Of a DNA stretch of 64,000 nucleotides, positions 46,154 to 55,505 are shown in pieces; position 1 is the stretch's first letter; each line of letters starts with the position of its first letter. The DNA comes from Candidatus Versatilivorator sp. GTDB lineage: Bacteria > Acidobacteriota > Terriglobia > Versatilivoradales > Versatilivoraceae. Under the pieces are notes generated by a model. The model saw only the letters and a program-made list of their open reading frames with translations. It was not told the origin of the DNA and searched no databases. The position numbers were made by a program, and so were the translations under genes. The stretch covers positions 3,448,782 to 3,512,781 of the forward strand of contig OZ242296.1 in NCBI GenBank assembly GCA_965207735.1, given 5' to 3'.

Positions 46154-48163
46154 TTGGCGAAGAAACCGAATAGAGCGAAACGGAAACCCCGTGCGGGTAC
46201 CTCGCCCTCCGGGCCACGATTCTCCTTCGGTGGCTCGCGCCTGTGGGTTCCGCTTTTGCTGTTTGTGGTGGTGGTCGGCGTCTACCTGCCGTCGGTGGAC
46301 CATGGGTTTCTCTATGACGACTACGAGGTGATTCTCTCCAACGCTCCTTTGCGCTCGGTTCAGGATCTTGGGCGCATTCTGACGGAGAGGCACTTCCTCA
46401 GCCTGCCCTATTACCGTCCGGTGGTACGCTCCTCGCTGCTGCTGCAAAGAAGCCTCCACGGAGACGAGCCCGGCCCCTTTCACCTCTTCAACGCCTGCGT
46501 GGCCGGACTGATCGCCATCATTGCCTACGCCCTGCTGAGGCTGCCGGTCTTCGGCTTGCGGCCTCGCTGGGCATGGCTGACCGCCGCCGTCTTTGCCCTG
46601 CACCCGGTGGCTTCCTCCTGCGTCTACCCCATCGCCTCGGGACGCGAGACCCTGCTGCCGGCCCTGTTCGTCCTGCTGGCCCTCTACTGCTTCCTCAGGC
46701 CCGGGCCATGGTGGCGGGTGGGCGCCTCCGTCTCGTTCGCTCTGGCCCTGTTCGGCAAGGAGCAGGCGGTGGTCACCCTGGCGGTCTTCGTGCTGGCCGA
46801 CGCTCTGGGCCTGACCTCGGCGGCGCCCGGCCGCAGCCTCCGCCGCTGGGTGGTCCGCTACTGGCCGGAGGCCGCTATCGGCGCCCTCTACTTCTCCATT
46901 CGCCACTTCCTGTTTGCAGGCGGGGAGTATCGCCTGGGAGACCTGGGGCAGTTCGCTCTTTCCTACCTCTACGCGCTGCAGGTCGTGACCGTCCCCTTCT
47001 GGGAGATGGTCTACGAGCCTCCGGCCCGGGTCTGGTTCAGCCCCTGGCGCCTGGCCGTCGCGCTGGCCATCGCCGGATGGGCTGTGTTGTGGATCCGGCG
47101 ATCCTGGCCCGCGTTTCGGGCCCTGACCTGGTTCTGGCTGGGCTGGTTCGTTCTGACCCTGCTGCCGACGGCCAATCTGCTGGACCAGGAGGCCCCATTT
47201 GCCGAGCGCTACGTGTTTCTGGCCGCGCTGGGCCCGCTCTTTCTGCTGGCCCGGGTTCTCTCCAACCGCGAGAAGGAGGGAAGGCCCAGGCTCTGGACGG
47301 GCCTGGCCGTGGCGCTGCTGCTGGTGGTGGCCGCCCAGACCGTCGCCCGGGGCGCCTATTATCGAGATTATGAGGCCTTTTGCCGGCAGTGGGTCAAGAC
47401 CGACCCCCAGTCGCTCAACGCCCACAACAGCCTGGCGGTGGTTCTGACCATGGACGGCCGGCTGCAAGAAGCCGGCGTCCACTATGAAGAGGCCCTCAAA
47501 ATCGCGCCGGACAGCGCTCAGGCTCGCAGCAACCTGGCCAACCTGCGCCTGCAGCAGGGGAGGCTTCAGGAAGCCCATGGCCTCCTGCAGGAAGCGTTGC
47601 GCCTGGACCCCGACTCCTTCGCCACCCACAACGCCCTGGGCGCCATGCTGCTGGGACAGGGCAGAATCGAGCAGGCCATTCCCCACTTCGCGCGGGCCAT
47701 CAGCCTGAACTCGGAGAACCAGCAGGGGCACGCCAACCTGGCCAACGCGCTGGCGCACCAGGGCAACACCCGGCAAGCCGTCCACCACTACCGCGAGGCC
47801 CTTCGCATCCATCCGGGCCTGGTCCACGTGGCCAACCGCCTGGCCTGGATCCTGGCCACCCATCCCGACCCGGCGCTACGGTCCGGCGCCGAGGCGGTCG
47901 ATCTGGCCGAGAGCTTCTGCCGGCCGCCCAACGACGCCAACCCCATGTTCCTGGACACCCTGGCGGCAGCTTACGCCGAGACAGGACGGTTTCCCCAAGC
48001 ACTGGAGACGGCCACGCGGGCCGCATCCCTGGCTTCTTCCATGGGTCAGCCTGAGCTGGCGGACCAGATCCGGCAGAGATTGGCTGCTTACCGGGAGCGC
48101 CGCCCGGTTCGCTACTCCGAGATTCAGTGGAGGACCTCCGGCACTTCCTTGAGGCACGATTAA
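46154..48163 (+). CDS. membrane protein with PMT/ArnT-like N-terminal domain and C-terminal TPR repeats
   Basis: About eight predicted TM helices in the first ~380 aa. Then 7-8 TPR units (AHNSLAVVL..., ARSNLANLRLQQGRLQEA..., ATHNALGAML...). Confidence 0.65.
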   Translation: MAKKPNRAKRKPRAGTSPSGPRFSFGGSRLWVPLLLFVVVVGVYLPSVDHGFLYDDYEVILSNAPLRSVQDLGRILTERHFLSLPYYRPVVRSSLLLQRSLHGDEPGPFHLFNACVAGLIAIIAYALLRLPVFGLRPRWAWLTAAVFALHPVASSCVYPIASGRETLLPALFVLLALYCFLRPGPWWRVGASVSFALALFGKEQAVVTLAVFVLADALGLTSAAPGRSLRRWVVRYWPEAAIGALYFSIRHFLFAGGEYRLGDLGQFALSYLYALQVVTVPFWEMVYEPPARVWFSPWRLAVALAIAGWAVLWIRRSWPAFRALTWFWLGWFVLTLLPTANLLDQEAPFAERYVFLAALGPLFLLARVLSNREKEGRPRLWTGLAVALLLVVAAQTVARGAYYRDYEAFCRQWVKTDPQSLNAHNSLAVVLTMDGRLQEAGVHYEEALKIAPDSAQARSNLANLRLQQGRLQEAHGLLQEALRLDPDSFATHNALGAMLLGQGRIEQAIPHFARAISLNSENQQGHANLANALAHQGNTRQAVHHYREALRIHPGLVHVANRLAWILATHPDPALRSGAEAVDLAESFCRPPNDANPMFLDTLAAAYAETGRFPQALETATRAASLASSMGQPELADQIRQRLAAYRERRPVRYSEIQWRTSGTSLRHD

Positions 48164-48259
48164 CCGTCAAGCACCGCCGCCCTATTCCCGATTCGTGGTA
48201 ACCTTAGCCGCCCCTGCCGAGCTTGGGGATTCACGACCACGAAGAGGCCCCCAGATTCC

Positions 48260-48940
48260 ATGAAACATTCCGTTGCGTTCCTTCTCGATGCCGACAACAC
48301 CTTGCTGGACAACGACCGCATCCTGGCGGATCTCGTGGGCCACATCGAGCAGACGGTAGGCCACCAGGGGAAGCAGCGCTATTGGGCCATCTTCGAGGAT
48401 TTGCGGGACGAGCTGGGATACCACGACTACCTGGGAGCCTTGCAGGGCTATCGCAATCGATATCCGCACGAGCCGCGCCTGATGTCGATTGCCTCCTTCA
48501 TGCTCAACTATCCCTTCGCCGATCGTGTCTATCCGCAGTCGCTGGAGGTGGTGCGCCATCTCCAGCAATGGGGCGCGGTGGCGATCCTCACCGACGGCGA
48601 CATGGTGTTCCAGCCTCGCAAGATGGAGCAGTCCGGCTTGGCCGAGGCCGCCGGCGGCAACGTGCTGATCTACGTGCACAAGGAGGAGGAGCTGGAGGAC
48701 GTGGAAAGGCGCTATCCCGCCGACCACTACGTGTTGGTAGACGACAAGCTGCGGATCCTGACCGCCGCCAAGAAAGTGTGGGGAAGTCGCGTCACCACCG
48801 TCTTTCCCCGGCAGGGGCACTATGCCCTGGACCCCGAGATCCTGGCTCAATTCCCCCCGGCCGACCTCAGCCTGGAAGGGGTCGGCGACCTGCTGACCTG
48901 CGAGTTGCCGGCCCTGATCCAGGCCGGACAGTCTTCCTAG
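48260..48940 (+). CDS. HAD-like hydrolase
   Basis: Motif I FLLDADNTLLDND. HAD-like size. Confidence 0.6.
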   Translation: MKHSVAFLLDADNTLLDNDRILADLVGHIEQTVGHQGKQRYWAIFEDLRDELGYHDYLGALQGYRNRYPHEPRLMSIASFMLNYPFADRVYPQSLEVVRHLQQWGAVAILTDGDMVFQPRKMEQSGLAEAAGGNVLIYVHKEEELEDVERRYPADHYVLVDDKLRILTAAKKVWGSRVTTVFPRQGHYALDPEILAQFPPADLSLEGVGDLLTCELPALIQAGQSS

Positions 48941-49182
48941 CCCACAGCGCCTCAAAACCTCCAGGCACTTATATCCATACCTTCAACAGGATTCCGCAGG
49001 CTCCGAGCGAATCATCGAGCTGGGATCGTGGGGAAAATGGAACGGGGCTTGCTGTTCTATACTTGTTGTGTTCCAGGTTCAGAGTTGTCACCCCTGATAT
49101 CGCGAGTGACGACGCCCGGAGAGCGATCGTGCTGGACGAGCTGAGATGGACCTTGCGGTCGTTGGTCATCGACGCCCTGTTG

Positions 49183-50397
49183 ATGCCGGAGTACCGGCGG
49201 AGTGGCGTGGCCTTCAACCCGCTGTCGGACAGGGCAATCCGCAATCCCTATCCCGCCTACGCCCGGCTGCGCGCCCGATCGCCGGTGCACCGCAGCCGGG
49301 TGCTGGACGGCTGGGTGTTCAGTCGCTACGCCGACGTCGAGGCCATCTTTCGAGATTACCGCCGGTTCTCCAACATGCCGACCAATCGAAGGGTGTCGAG
49401 GCGGGATGTCTACTTCATTCCGCCCCGGGCGGACTGGTCCCTGTTGTTCCTGGACCCGCCGGAGCATACGCGCCTGCGGGGACTGGTCAATCAGGCCTTC
49501 ACCCCGCGGGCCGTCAACGCCCTCGAGCCCCATATCCGGCGGATCATGGTCGAACTGCTCGACGCCGTCGCTGACCCGTCCGGCTTCGACCTGATGGCGG
49601 CGGTGGCCGGTCCGTTGCCGGTGATCGTGATTGCCGAGATGCTGGGGTTGCCGCCGCAGGACCGCCTCCGATTCAAGTACTGGTCGAACCAGCGCGCGCG
49701 CATCCTCGAACCGCTCATCAGCCCGGATGAGCGAAAACGGGCCGCTGCCGCCGGCGAGGCGTTCGACGCCTACTTCATGCCCGTTATCAGAGCCCGGCGA
49801 CTCCAACCGAAAGACGACATCATCAGTGCCCTCGCAAAGGCGGAAGAGGAAGGGGATACCCTCAGCGAGCGAGAAATGCTGATCATGATGCGCATCCTGC
49901 TGGTCGCAGGCAACGAGACCACCACCAACCTGATCGGCAACGGGATGCTGGCGCTGCTGCAGCATCCGGAGCAGTTGAAGCTCCTGCGGGAAGACGCCCG
50001 TCGGATACCGGGGGCAGTGGAAGAGTTGCTGCGCTACGACACACCGGTCCAGCTCGATATCCGCGCCGTGGTCGAGGATTGCGAGTTTCAGGGCTTTCGG
50101 ATGCGCCGCGGCGATCCCGCCATCCTGGCCATCGGCGCGGCCAACCGCGACCCGGAGGTATTCGAAGACCCGGAGCGGCTGAACATCGAGCGTTCCAAGG
50201 GCAGCAACCTCTCCTTCGGCCGGGGCGTCCACCACTGCCTCGGTGCGCCCCTGGCGCGGTTGGAAGCCCGGGTCGCGCTGGAAGTGCTGCTGGAGCGCTT
50301 CAGCTCCATTCGGCTGCTGACGGACCGTCCCGCCTTTCGCCGGGCCATCGTCCTGCGCGGGCTCGAGTCCCTCCCGGTCTCGGCCGTCCCTGCGTAG
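49183..50397 (+). CDS. cytochrome P450
   Basis: AGNETTTNLIGN (I-helix), EELLRYDTPV (ExxR), and FGRGVHHCLGAPLA (heme-binding Cys loop). The long upstream ORF extension (48223-49182) overlaps the HAD gene and is not coding. An alternative GTG start lies at 49129. Confidence 0.85.
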   Translation: MPEYRRSGVAFNPLSDRAIRNPYPAYARLRARSPVHRSRVLDGWVFSRYADVEAIFRDYRRFSNMPTNRRVSRRDVYFIPPRADWSLLFLDPPEHTRLRGLVNQAFTPRAVNALEPHIRRIMVELLDAVADPSGFDLMAAVAGPLPVIVIAEMLGLPPQDRLRFKYWSNQRARILEPLISPDERKRAAAAGEAFDAYFMPVIRARRLQPKDDIISALAKAEEEGDTLSEREMLIMMRILLVAGNETTTNLIGNGMLALLQHPEQLKLLREDARRIPGAVEELLRYDTPVQLDIRAVVEDCEFQGFRMRRGDPAILAIGAANRDPEVFEDPERLNIERSKGSNLSFGRGVHHCLGAPLARLEARVALEVLLERFSSIRLLTDRPAFRRAIVLRGLESLPVSAVPA

Positions 50398-50430
50398 TTC
50401 AGTCCCTACTTACCAAGTCATGCGAAGAGG

Positions 50431-50642
50431 CCCACCCGGGAGCGCGGGCGTCCCGCCCGCACAACACCGGCAAAGCCTCACCTATTCCCTCGACCCGGAT
50501 CGACCGGCAAAGACGCCCGGGCTCTGCTTCGCCCGGGCCCATGCGGTTCCCACCGGCAGGGTGGACGGGTGCGCCATCGCAGGGAAACTGAGCGACAACC
50601 CAAGGGAGAGGATGCGGGCGGGACGCCCGCGCTCCCGGGTGG
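50431..50642. repeat. MITE-like element, family 2, copy 2
   Basis: TIRs cccacccgggagcgcgggcgtcccgcccgc (50431-50460) and gcgggcgggacgcccgcgctcccgggtggg (50613-50642). The core is homologous, in inverted orientation, to the copy at 19089-19300. Confidence 0.6.
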
Positions 50643-51035
50643 GCCGCTTTCGTTACGATTGCCTTTCAAGGGAGAGACGGCGCAACCGAACTGGCTGGAT
50701 GGTTGCCTTGAATCCCGATTTGACAATCCCTTGGTGGCCCTTCGTCGTTCTTCGTGGACTACGCTTTATTCGCTTGTTCGAAATTAAACCGCTCGTGCGA
50801 CGCTGACGGCCTTGATCCAAGCCGGACAGCCTTCCTGACCCCGAAGAGTTGCAGCACCGAGAAAACGCGGCACTTGTTTCCGGGGCGAATCGGGCCCAAA
50901 ATAAACATTGTCTGCTATGGGCCTTCAGTGGCCGCCAAGGGATTCTTGGAAATGTGAAGCATCGGCAGACCGCAAGAGAGGTTCGGAAGGGATGGAACCG
51001 GCGGTCTGAATAGAGGACAGAGAGGGGAATAGAGA

Positions 51036-52031
51036 ATGGACGCCGTGGATATCATCCTGCGGGTATTCCTGTGGGGCAGCGTGGTCCTGATCCCGATATT
51101 GCTCTTTTGGGCAGTGTTCGGGAGCAGGCTATCCGGCAGCGGGAAGCGGAGGCGGCCCAAGCCGCAAGCGGTACGGAGGCAGGGGTTCACTCCCCCACCG
51201 CCGAAAACCGGCAGTCCGGGTCCGGAGGTTTCGAAGAGCGCCACGGGCGGAGAGAGGGTGTCGCCCAAGCCTGATGTATCGAAACCCGTGGGCGGTCCGA
51301 AGCCCAAACCGGCGAGTGGGCGGGGATTCATTCTCCCGCCGCCGACGTTGGAAAAGCCGAGCCCGGAGGTTCCAAAAAGCGCTCCAACCGGGGAGGCTCC
51401 GTCTCCCCCACCTGCCGCGTCCGAACGCCCGGACGATCCCAAGCCCGAACCGATGAGCGGGCGGGGACTCATTCCCCAACCGCCGAGTTCCGGCAGATCG
51501 GGTCCGAAGGAATCAGAAAGCACCACGGCCGAAGAAGCGGCATCTGCAGAGCCTGACGCATCCAACCGCCTGGGTGAGCCGACGGCGCAGATGGAGTTCA
51601 TCTCCAAAGTGGATTTCGAGCCGCGCCCCCTTCTCAACCAGGCGGAATACCGGATTCTCCGCATTCTGGAGAAGGTTGCCCAGGATATCCCCGGCGGCCA
51701 TCGCGTCATGTCCCAAACCAGCCTGGGTCAAGTTCTGGCGCCCCAGCTTGCCTCGGCTTCGAAAGAAGCACGCGACCTTGCCTTTCGCTCCATCAACAGC
51801 AAGCGCCTGGACTTTCTGCTGATCGACGCTTACGGCATGCCCGTTCTGGCGGTGGAGTATCAGGGGCATGGACACTTTGGCGAGAGAACCTTCATGCGCG
51901 ATGCCGTGAAACGGGAATCCCTCAGAAAGGCCGGCATCCGCTTGCTGGAGGTTCCGGCAGAATACAACACCGAGGACCTGGAGGGAGACATCCGCAAGGC
52001 ATTGCCTTCGAACCCTGCCAGCCGACCGTAG
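51036..52031 (+). CDS. membrane-anchored DUF2726-domain protein with Pro-rich tandem repeats
   Basis: N-terminal TM helix. Three ~35-aa imperfect repeats (SGRGF[IL]xPPP...PEV[SP]KSA.TGE). C-terminal DUF2726/NERD-like block (RLDFLLIDAYGMPVLAVEYQGHGHF). Confidence 0.6.
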   Translation: MDAVDIILRVFLWGSVVLIPILLFWAVFGSRLSGSGKRRRPKPQAVRRQGFTPPPPKTGSPGPEVSKSATGGERVSPKPDVSKPVGGPKPKPASGRGFILPPPTLEKPSPEVPKSAPTGEAPSPPPAASERPDDPKPEPMSGRGLIPQPPSSGRSGPKESESTTAEEAASAEPDASNRLGEPTAQMEFISKVDFEPRPLLNQAEYRILRILEKVAQDIPGGHRVMSQTSLGQVLAPQLASASKEARDLAFRSINSKRLDFLLIDAYGMPVLAVEYQGHGHFGERTFMRDAVKRESLRKAGIRLLEVPAEYNTEDLEGDIRKALPSNPASRP

Positions 52032-52159
52032 AACGTATTCCTACGATGGGATCCGCATCCAGCCGCTGGTCAATATCAGCCACAAGCAGCATGGGTTCTC
52101 GTTCCTGCTGGTCCGGGGCCGGCAACCCGGACTGAGCTACAGCATCTCCTTCTAGCCGA

Positions 52160-55100
52160 TCAGAAGCGCAGGCTGAGACCCACCTGCGCGCGCCGGGTGT
52201 CGCCGAGACCGCTGCGGAGCGTACCGTCGAAGTTGTAGAGGAGCGAGCCGACGGCGGGGTCGACGAAGTTGTCGGTGTTGGTCAGGTTGAAGATCTCGAA
52301 GATCGGTTCGATGGCGGCGGCGCCGAGCGAGAAACGCCGCGACACCCGCAGATCCCAGGAGAAGAACTCATTCTGCCTCCGCAGCGTGTTGCGCGCCAGG
52401 ATGGAACCGTCGGCGCAGATCCGGTCTGCCGGCTGGGCGGCCCTCTCGCCCCGGTTGGCGCACTGCTCGGAAACCGGTGACGGGGACAGATAGCGCACCA
52501 CCTGGCTCAACTGCACCTGTCCCGGGAGGGTGGCCAGCACGTACCCGCTCACCTGATGGCGCCGGTCGCGATCCGACCAGCCGTACTCCGGCGACAGGTT
52601 GGCGGCGTGCGCGTACCGGAAGACGAACGGATCGCGCTCGTTGTCATCGTCGGAGCGATCGAACGCCAGCGTGTAGTGCGTCTCGAAGGTGATGGGCCAG
52701 CCGCCCAGGCCGCTGTGCCCGCGCAGTCCCGCGGTGAGCGCGTGATAGCGGGAGCGGGCGCTGCTCTCGGTGACGGTCAGCGCGTTGATGCCGCCGCCGT
52801 CCGGGTGCGTCCCGATCCCGAAGGGCGCCCCCAGGACCGCATCGTTGCGGTTGACGAAGCGGAAGAGGTTGTCGGTGCGGGCCTGGATGTATCCCATGCT
52901 GGCGACAACGCCGCGCCCCAGGTCGTGGTCGAGGGTGGCGCTGGACGACCAGGTGCGCGGCAACTCCAGATCGCGGTCCGCCGCATGGATGTCCGGCAGG
53001 AAGGGCGGTGACGCCGAGGTGTCGATCTGCTCGTGGATGGCAGGGACCGGACCCAGCCCCGGAGTGTTGCTGCTGCGAAAGAGGATCTGCTGGAAGGCGC
53101 CGTTGGTCGTCCGGTGCTGGGCGAATACGAGCATCGGGATGCGGGCGACGTAGGATCCGGCGTTGGCCCGCAGCACGGTGCGGCCGTTGCCAGCCAGGTC
53201 CCAGGCCAGACCCAGGCGGGGCTGAAGGTTGTCGAGGTCATCCGGAATCCGGCCATCGGACGGGAATAGCGGATCGTTCAGATAGGGAGCGAAGAAGGTG
53301 TCGGCCGGCTCGATGAACATATCCGGGTGCCAGGCGCCGTCCCAGCGCAGCCCCAGGTCCAGGGTCACCCGTTCGTGCGGATGCCAGGTATCCTGAACGA
53401 AGAGGCCCAGCTCGTGCATCGGGAACTGTTGGAGCCCGAGTTGCGCCGCCGGGACGCCCGGGACCGTCGCCGACTGCAGGTAGAGCAGGACCGGCCCGGC
53501 GATGGCGGAGCCGCCCGGACACACCCCGGACAGGCTGGTCGACCCGTCCGAGCAAGTGACGTAATGGCTGCCGTGGGTGACGAAGCCGATGAAGCCCTCC
53601 ACCGAATCGAACAGGTAGCGGCTGTTGGCCATCCCGATGAACTGCTGGCCGACGCGGGTCCGGTTGTACTCCACCCCGGCCTTGACCAGGTGGGTGCCGA
53701 CGGCGAAGGAGAGATTGTCCACCAACTGAAACCGCGTGTCGAACGCGGGATCGATCGGCAGGAAGAAGGGCAGCCCGATGCGGAAGCCGTCGTCGAAGTC
53801 CATGGCGATGTCGGGAAAGGGCCGGCCGCCCAACTCGGCGAACTGGGGTGGGCCGGGCAGGCGCGCGCCGGGGAGCAGCGGTCCCCGGTACCCGCGCGGA
53901 CGGTCCTCGCGCGCCCCCTGCAGGCGCAGCTCGTTGGAGAAGGCGTCGCTCAACAGCGAGCGCAGACTGGCGTTGACCGCATGCGAGCGATCCCCCTCGA
54001 TCCCGTTGGCCGAGGCGCCCCAGGAATCGACGTCGAAGGTGCCGTTCACCTGCTCCGACCAGGTGTAGTTGTACTTGACCGAGGCCTGGTGGCGGCCGCC
54101 CAGGTTCAGATCGAACTTGGCCAGCAGCGAGCGCGCGTCGTCGGTGCGCCGGATCGGCCCGAATTCGTCGTCGAACAGTCCCGGCCAGCGTGCCTGCAGA
54201 AAGCGCTCCAGGCGCTGCAGGTTGGCCGGATTGCGGACTCGGCGGGTCGCCTGCTTGGTCTCGGCGGCCGCCTGCTGGTCGTAGGCCAGGAAGAAGAACG
54301 TCCTGTCCCGAACGAGCGGCCCGCCCACTGTCCCGCCCACCTGATTGCGGTGAAAGTCGGGCCGCCCGCCGCCGCGCGATTCCGGAAACGGGGCGGCGAT
54401 CTCATCCCACTGCCCGAAGTAGTGGGCGGAGCCGGCCAGCCGGTTGGTGCCCGACTTGGTGATCACGTTGACGAAGCCGCCTGACGAGCGGCCGAACTCG
54501 GCGGTGGCGCCCTGATTCACCACCACCAGCTCCTCGATGGCGTCCTGATTGAAGGTGAAGGCCGGACGCTGGCCGCCGCGCTGCTCGCCGAAGAACGGGT
54601 TGTTGAAATCCGCTCCGTCGACGATGAAGTTGTTGAAGATGCCGCGCTGGCCGGCGATGTTGAGGGCGTCGCCGTCCGGCCCCTGCGAGATGGACGCGCC
54701 CGGGGTGAGCAGCGTCAGCGTCATGAAGTTGCGGCCGTTGCTCGGGACCCCATCCACCACATCCTCCAGAACGCGCTGCGAGCTGGTGACGTCCGCGGTG
54801 TCGAGCGTTGGCTCCAGCTCGCTGACGACGGTGATGGTCTCGGTCGTCACGATCTTGAGCGCCACGGCCAGGTCGAGCATTTCCCCGACCCGCAGCCTGG
54901 CGCCCTGGATGCGCTCGGTGCTGAAGACGTCGGTGGCCGCCTTCACGGTCAGGTCGTAGGTCCCCGGCGGCAGCAGGGTGCGCGCAAACGTCCCGGACGA
55001 CGAGGTCTCCACGGTGGTCCGGAAGTCGGTCTCCCGGTGCCGCAGGACAACCACCACCCCCTCAACCGGATCGCCGAGCGGATCACGGACCGTGCCGCGG

Positions 55101-55282
55101 ATGGTGCCGGTGGTCGTCCCGGCCTGGGCGGCCACCGCGGGCGCGGTCTGGTGGAGGAGCATCGTGGCCAGCAACGCGGCGGCGATGGTGAAGGGGAGAC
55201 GGCTCGGGAGGCTGATGGCGCGTGTGTTCGGCATGGCTTGACGCAGCGCGACAGGATTGTGACAACGCGGCCGCTTTGTCAC
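52160..55282 (-). CDS. TonB-dependent receptor with N-terminal carboxypeptidase-regulatory-like domain
   Basis: Signal peptide. CarboxypepD_reg (GTIRGTVRDPLGDPVEGVVVVL...GTYDLTV), plug, and a 22-strand barrel. C-terminal ...LSLRF with terminal Phe. Confidence 0.85.
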   Translation of the reverse strand: MTKRPRCHNPVALRQAMPNTRAISLPSRLPFTIAAALLATMLLHQTAPAVAAQAGTTTGTIRGTVRDPLGDPVEGVVVVLRHRETDFRTTVETSSSGTFARTLLPPGTYDLTVKAATDVFSTERIQGARLRVGEMLDLAVALKIVTTETITVVSELEPTLDTADVTSSQRVLEDVVDGVPSNGRNFMTLTLLTPGASISQGPDGDALNIAGQRGIFNNFIVDGADFNNPFFGEQRGGQRPAFTFNQDAIEELVVVNQGATAEFGRSSGGFVNVITKSGTNRLAGSAHYFGQWDEIAAPFPESRGGGRPDFHRNQVGGTVGGPLVRDRTFFFLAYDQQAAAETKQATRRVRNPANLQRLERFLQARWPGLFDDEFGPIRRTDDARSLLAKFDLNLGGRHQASVKYNYTWSEQVNGTFDVDSWGASANGIEGDRSHAVNASLRSLLSDAFSNELRLQGAREDRPRGYRGPLLPGARLPGPPQFAELGGRPFPDIAMDFDDGFRIGLPFFLPIDPAFDTRFQLVDNLSFAVGTHLVKAGVEYNRTRVGQQFIGMANSRYLFDSVEGFIGFVTHGSHYVTCSDGSTSLSGVCPGGSAIAGPVLLYLQSATVPGVPAAQLGLQQFPMHELGLFVQDTWHPHERVTLDLGLRWDGAWHPDMFIEPADTFFAPYLNDPLFPSDGRIPDDLDNLQPRLGLAWDLAGNGRTVLRANAGSYVARIPMLVFAQHRTTNGAFQQILFRSSNTPGLGPVPAIHEQIDTSASPPFLPDIHAADRDLELPRTWSSSATLDHDLGRGVVASMGYIQARTDNLFRFVNRNDAVLGAPFGIGTHPDGGGINALTVTESSARSRYHALTAGLRGHSGLGGWPITFETHYTLAFDRSDDDNERDPFVFRYAHAANLSPEYGWSDRDRRHQVSGYVLATLPGQVQLSQVVRYLSPSPVSEQCANRGERAAQPADRICADGSILARNTLRRQNEFFSWDLRVSRRFSLGAAAIEPIFEIFNLTNTDNFVDPAVGSLLYNFDGTLRSGLGDTRRAQVGLSLRF

Positions 55283-55505
55283 CGAGCGGGCGCGAAATGG
55301 ATTACGGACGCCTGATAGTATACTGAACCGCGATCCGGCGCCTGCCGGAGCGATTCGTGCAGCTCAGTCGCGAACGGCCGAGCGACTCGCGGGCAGGACT
55401 CGCGGGCAGCCATCGGAGAGTTTCTTGAGGCCTTTCCAGACTGCGTCACGGTATGATGGCCGGCACCGGGTGTCAAGAGACACAGGGGACACAAGGGACT
55501 AACCG

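Noticed and set aside
48223-49182. Upstream ~320 codons of the 724-aa ORF that ends as cytochrome P450.
   Set aside because: This part overlaps the well-supported HAD hydrolase gene (48260-48940) in another frame and reads as low-complexity R/G/P-rich sequence. The P450 homology starts near 49183.
50420-50806. 128-aa ORF covering the family-2 MITE copy downstream of the P450 gene.
   Set aside because: The sequence is the inverted-repeat element itself. The translation is an R/G/P-rich artefact.
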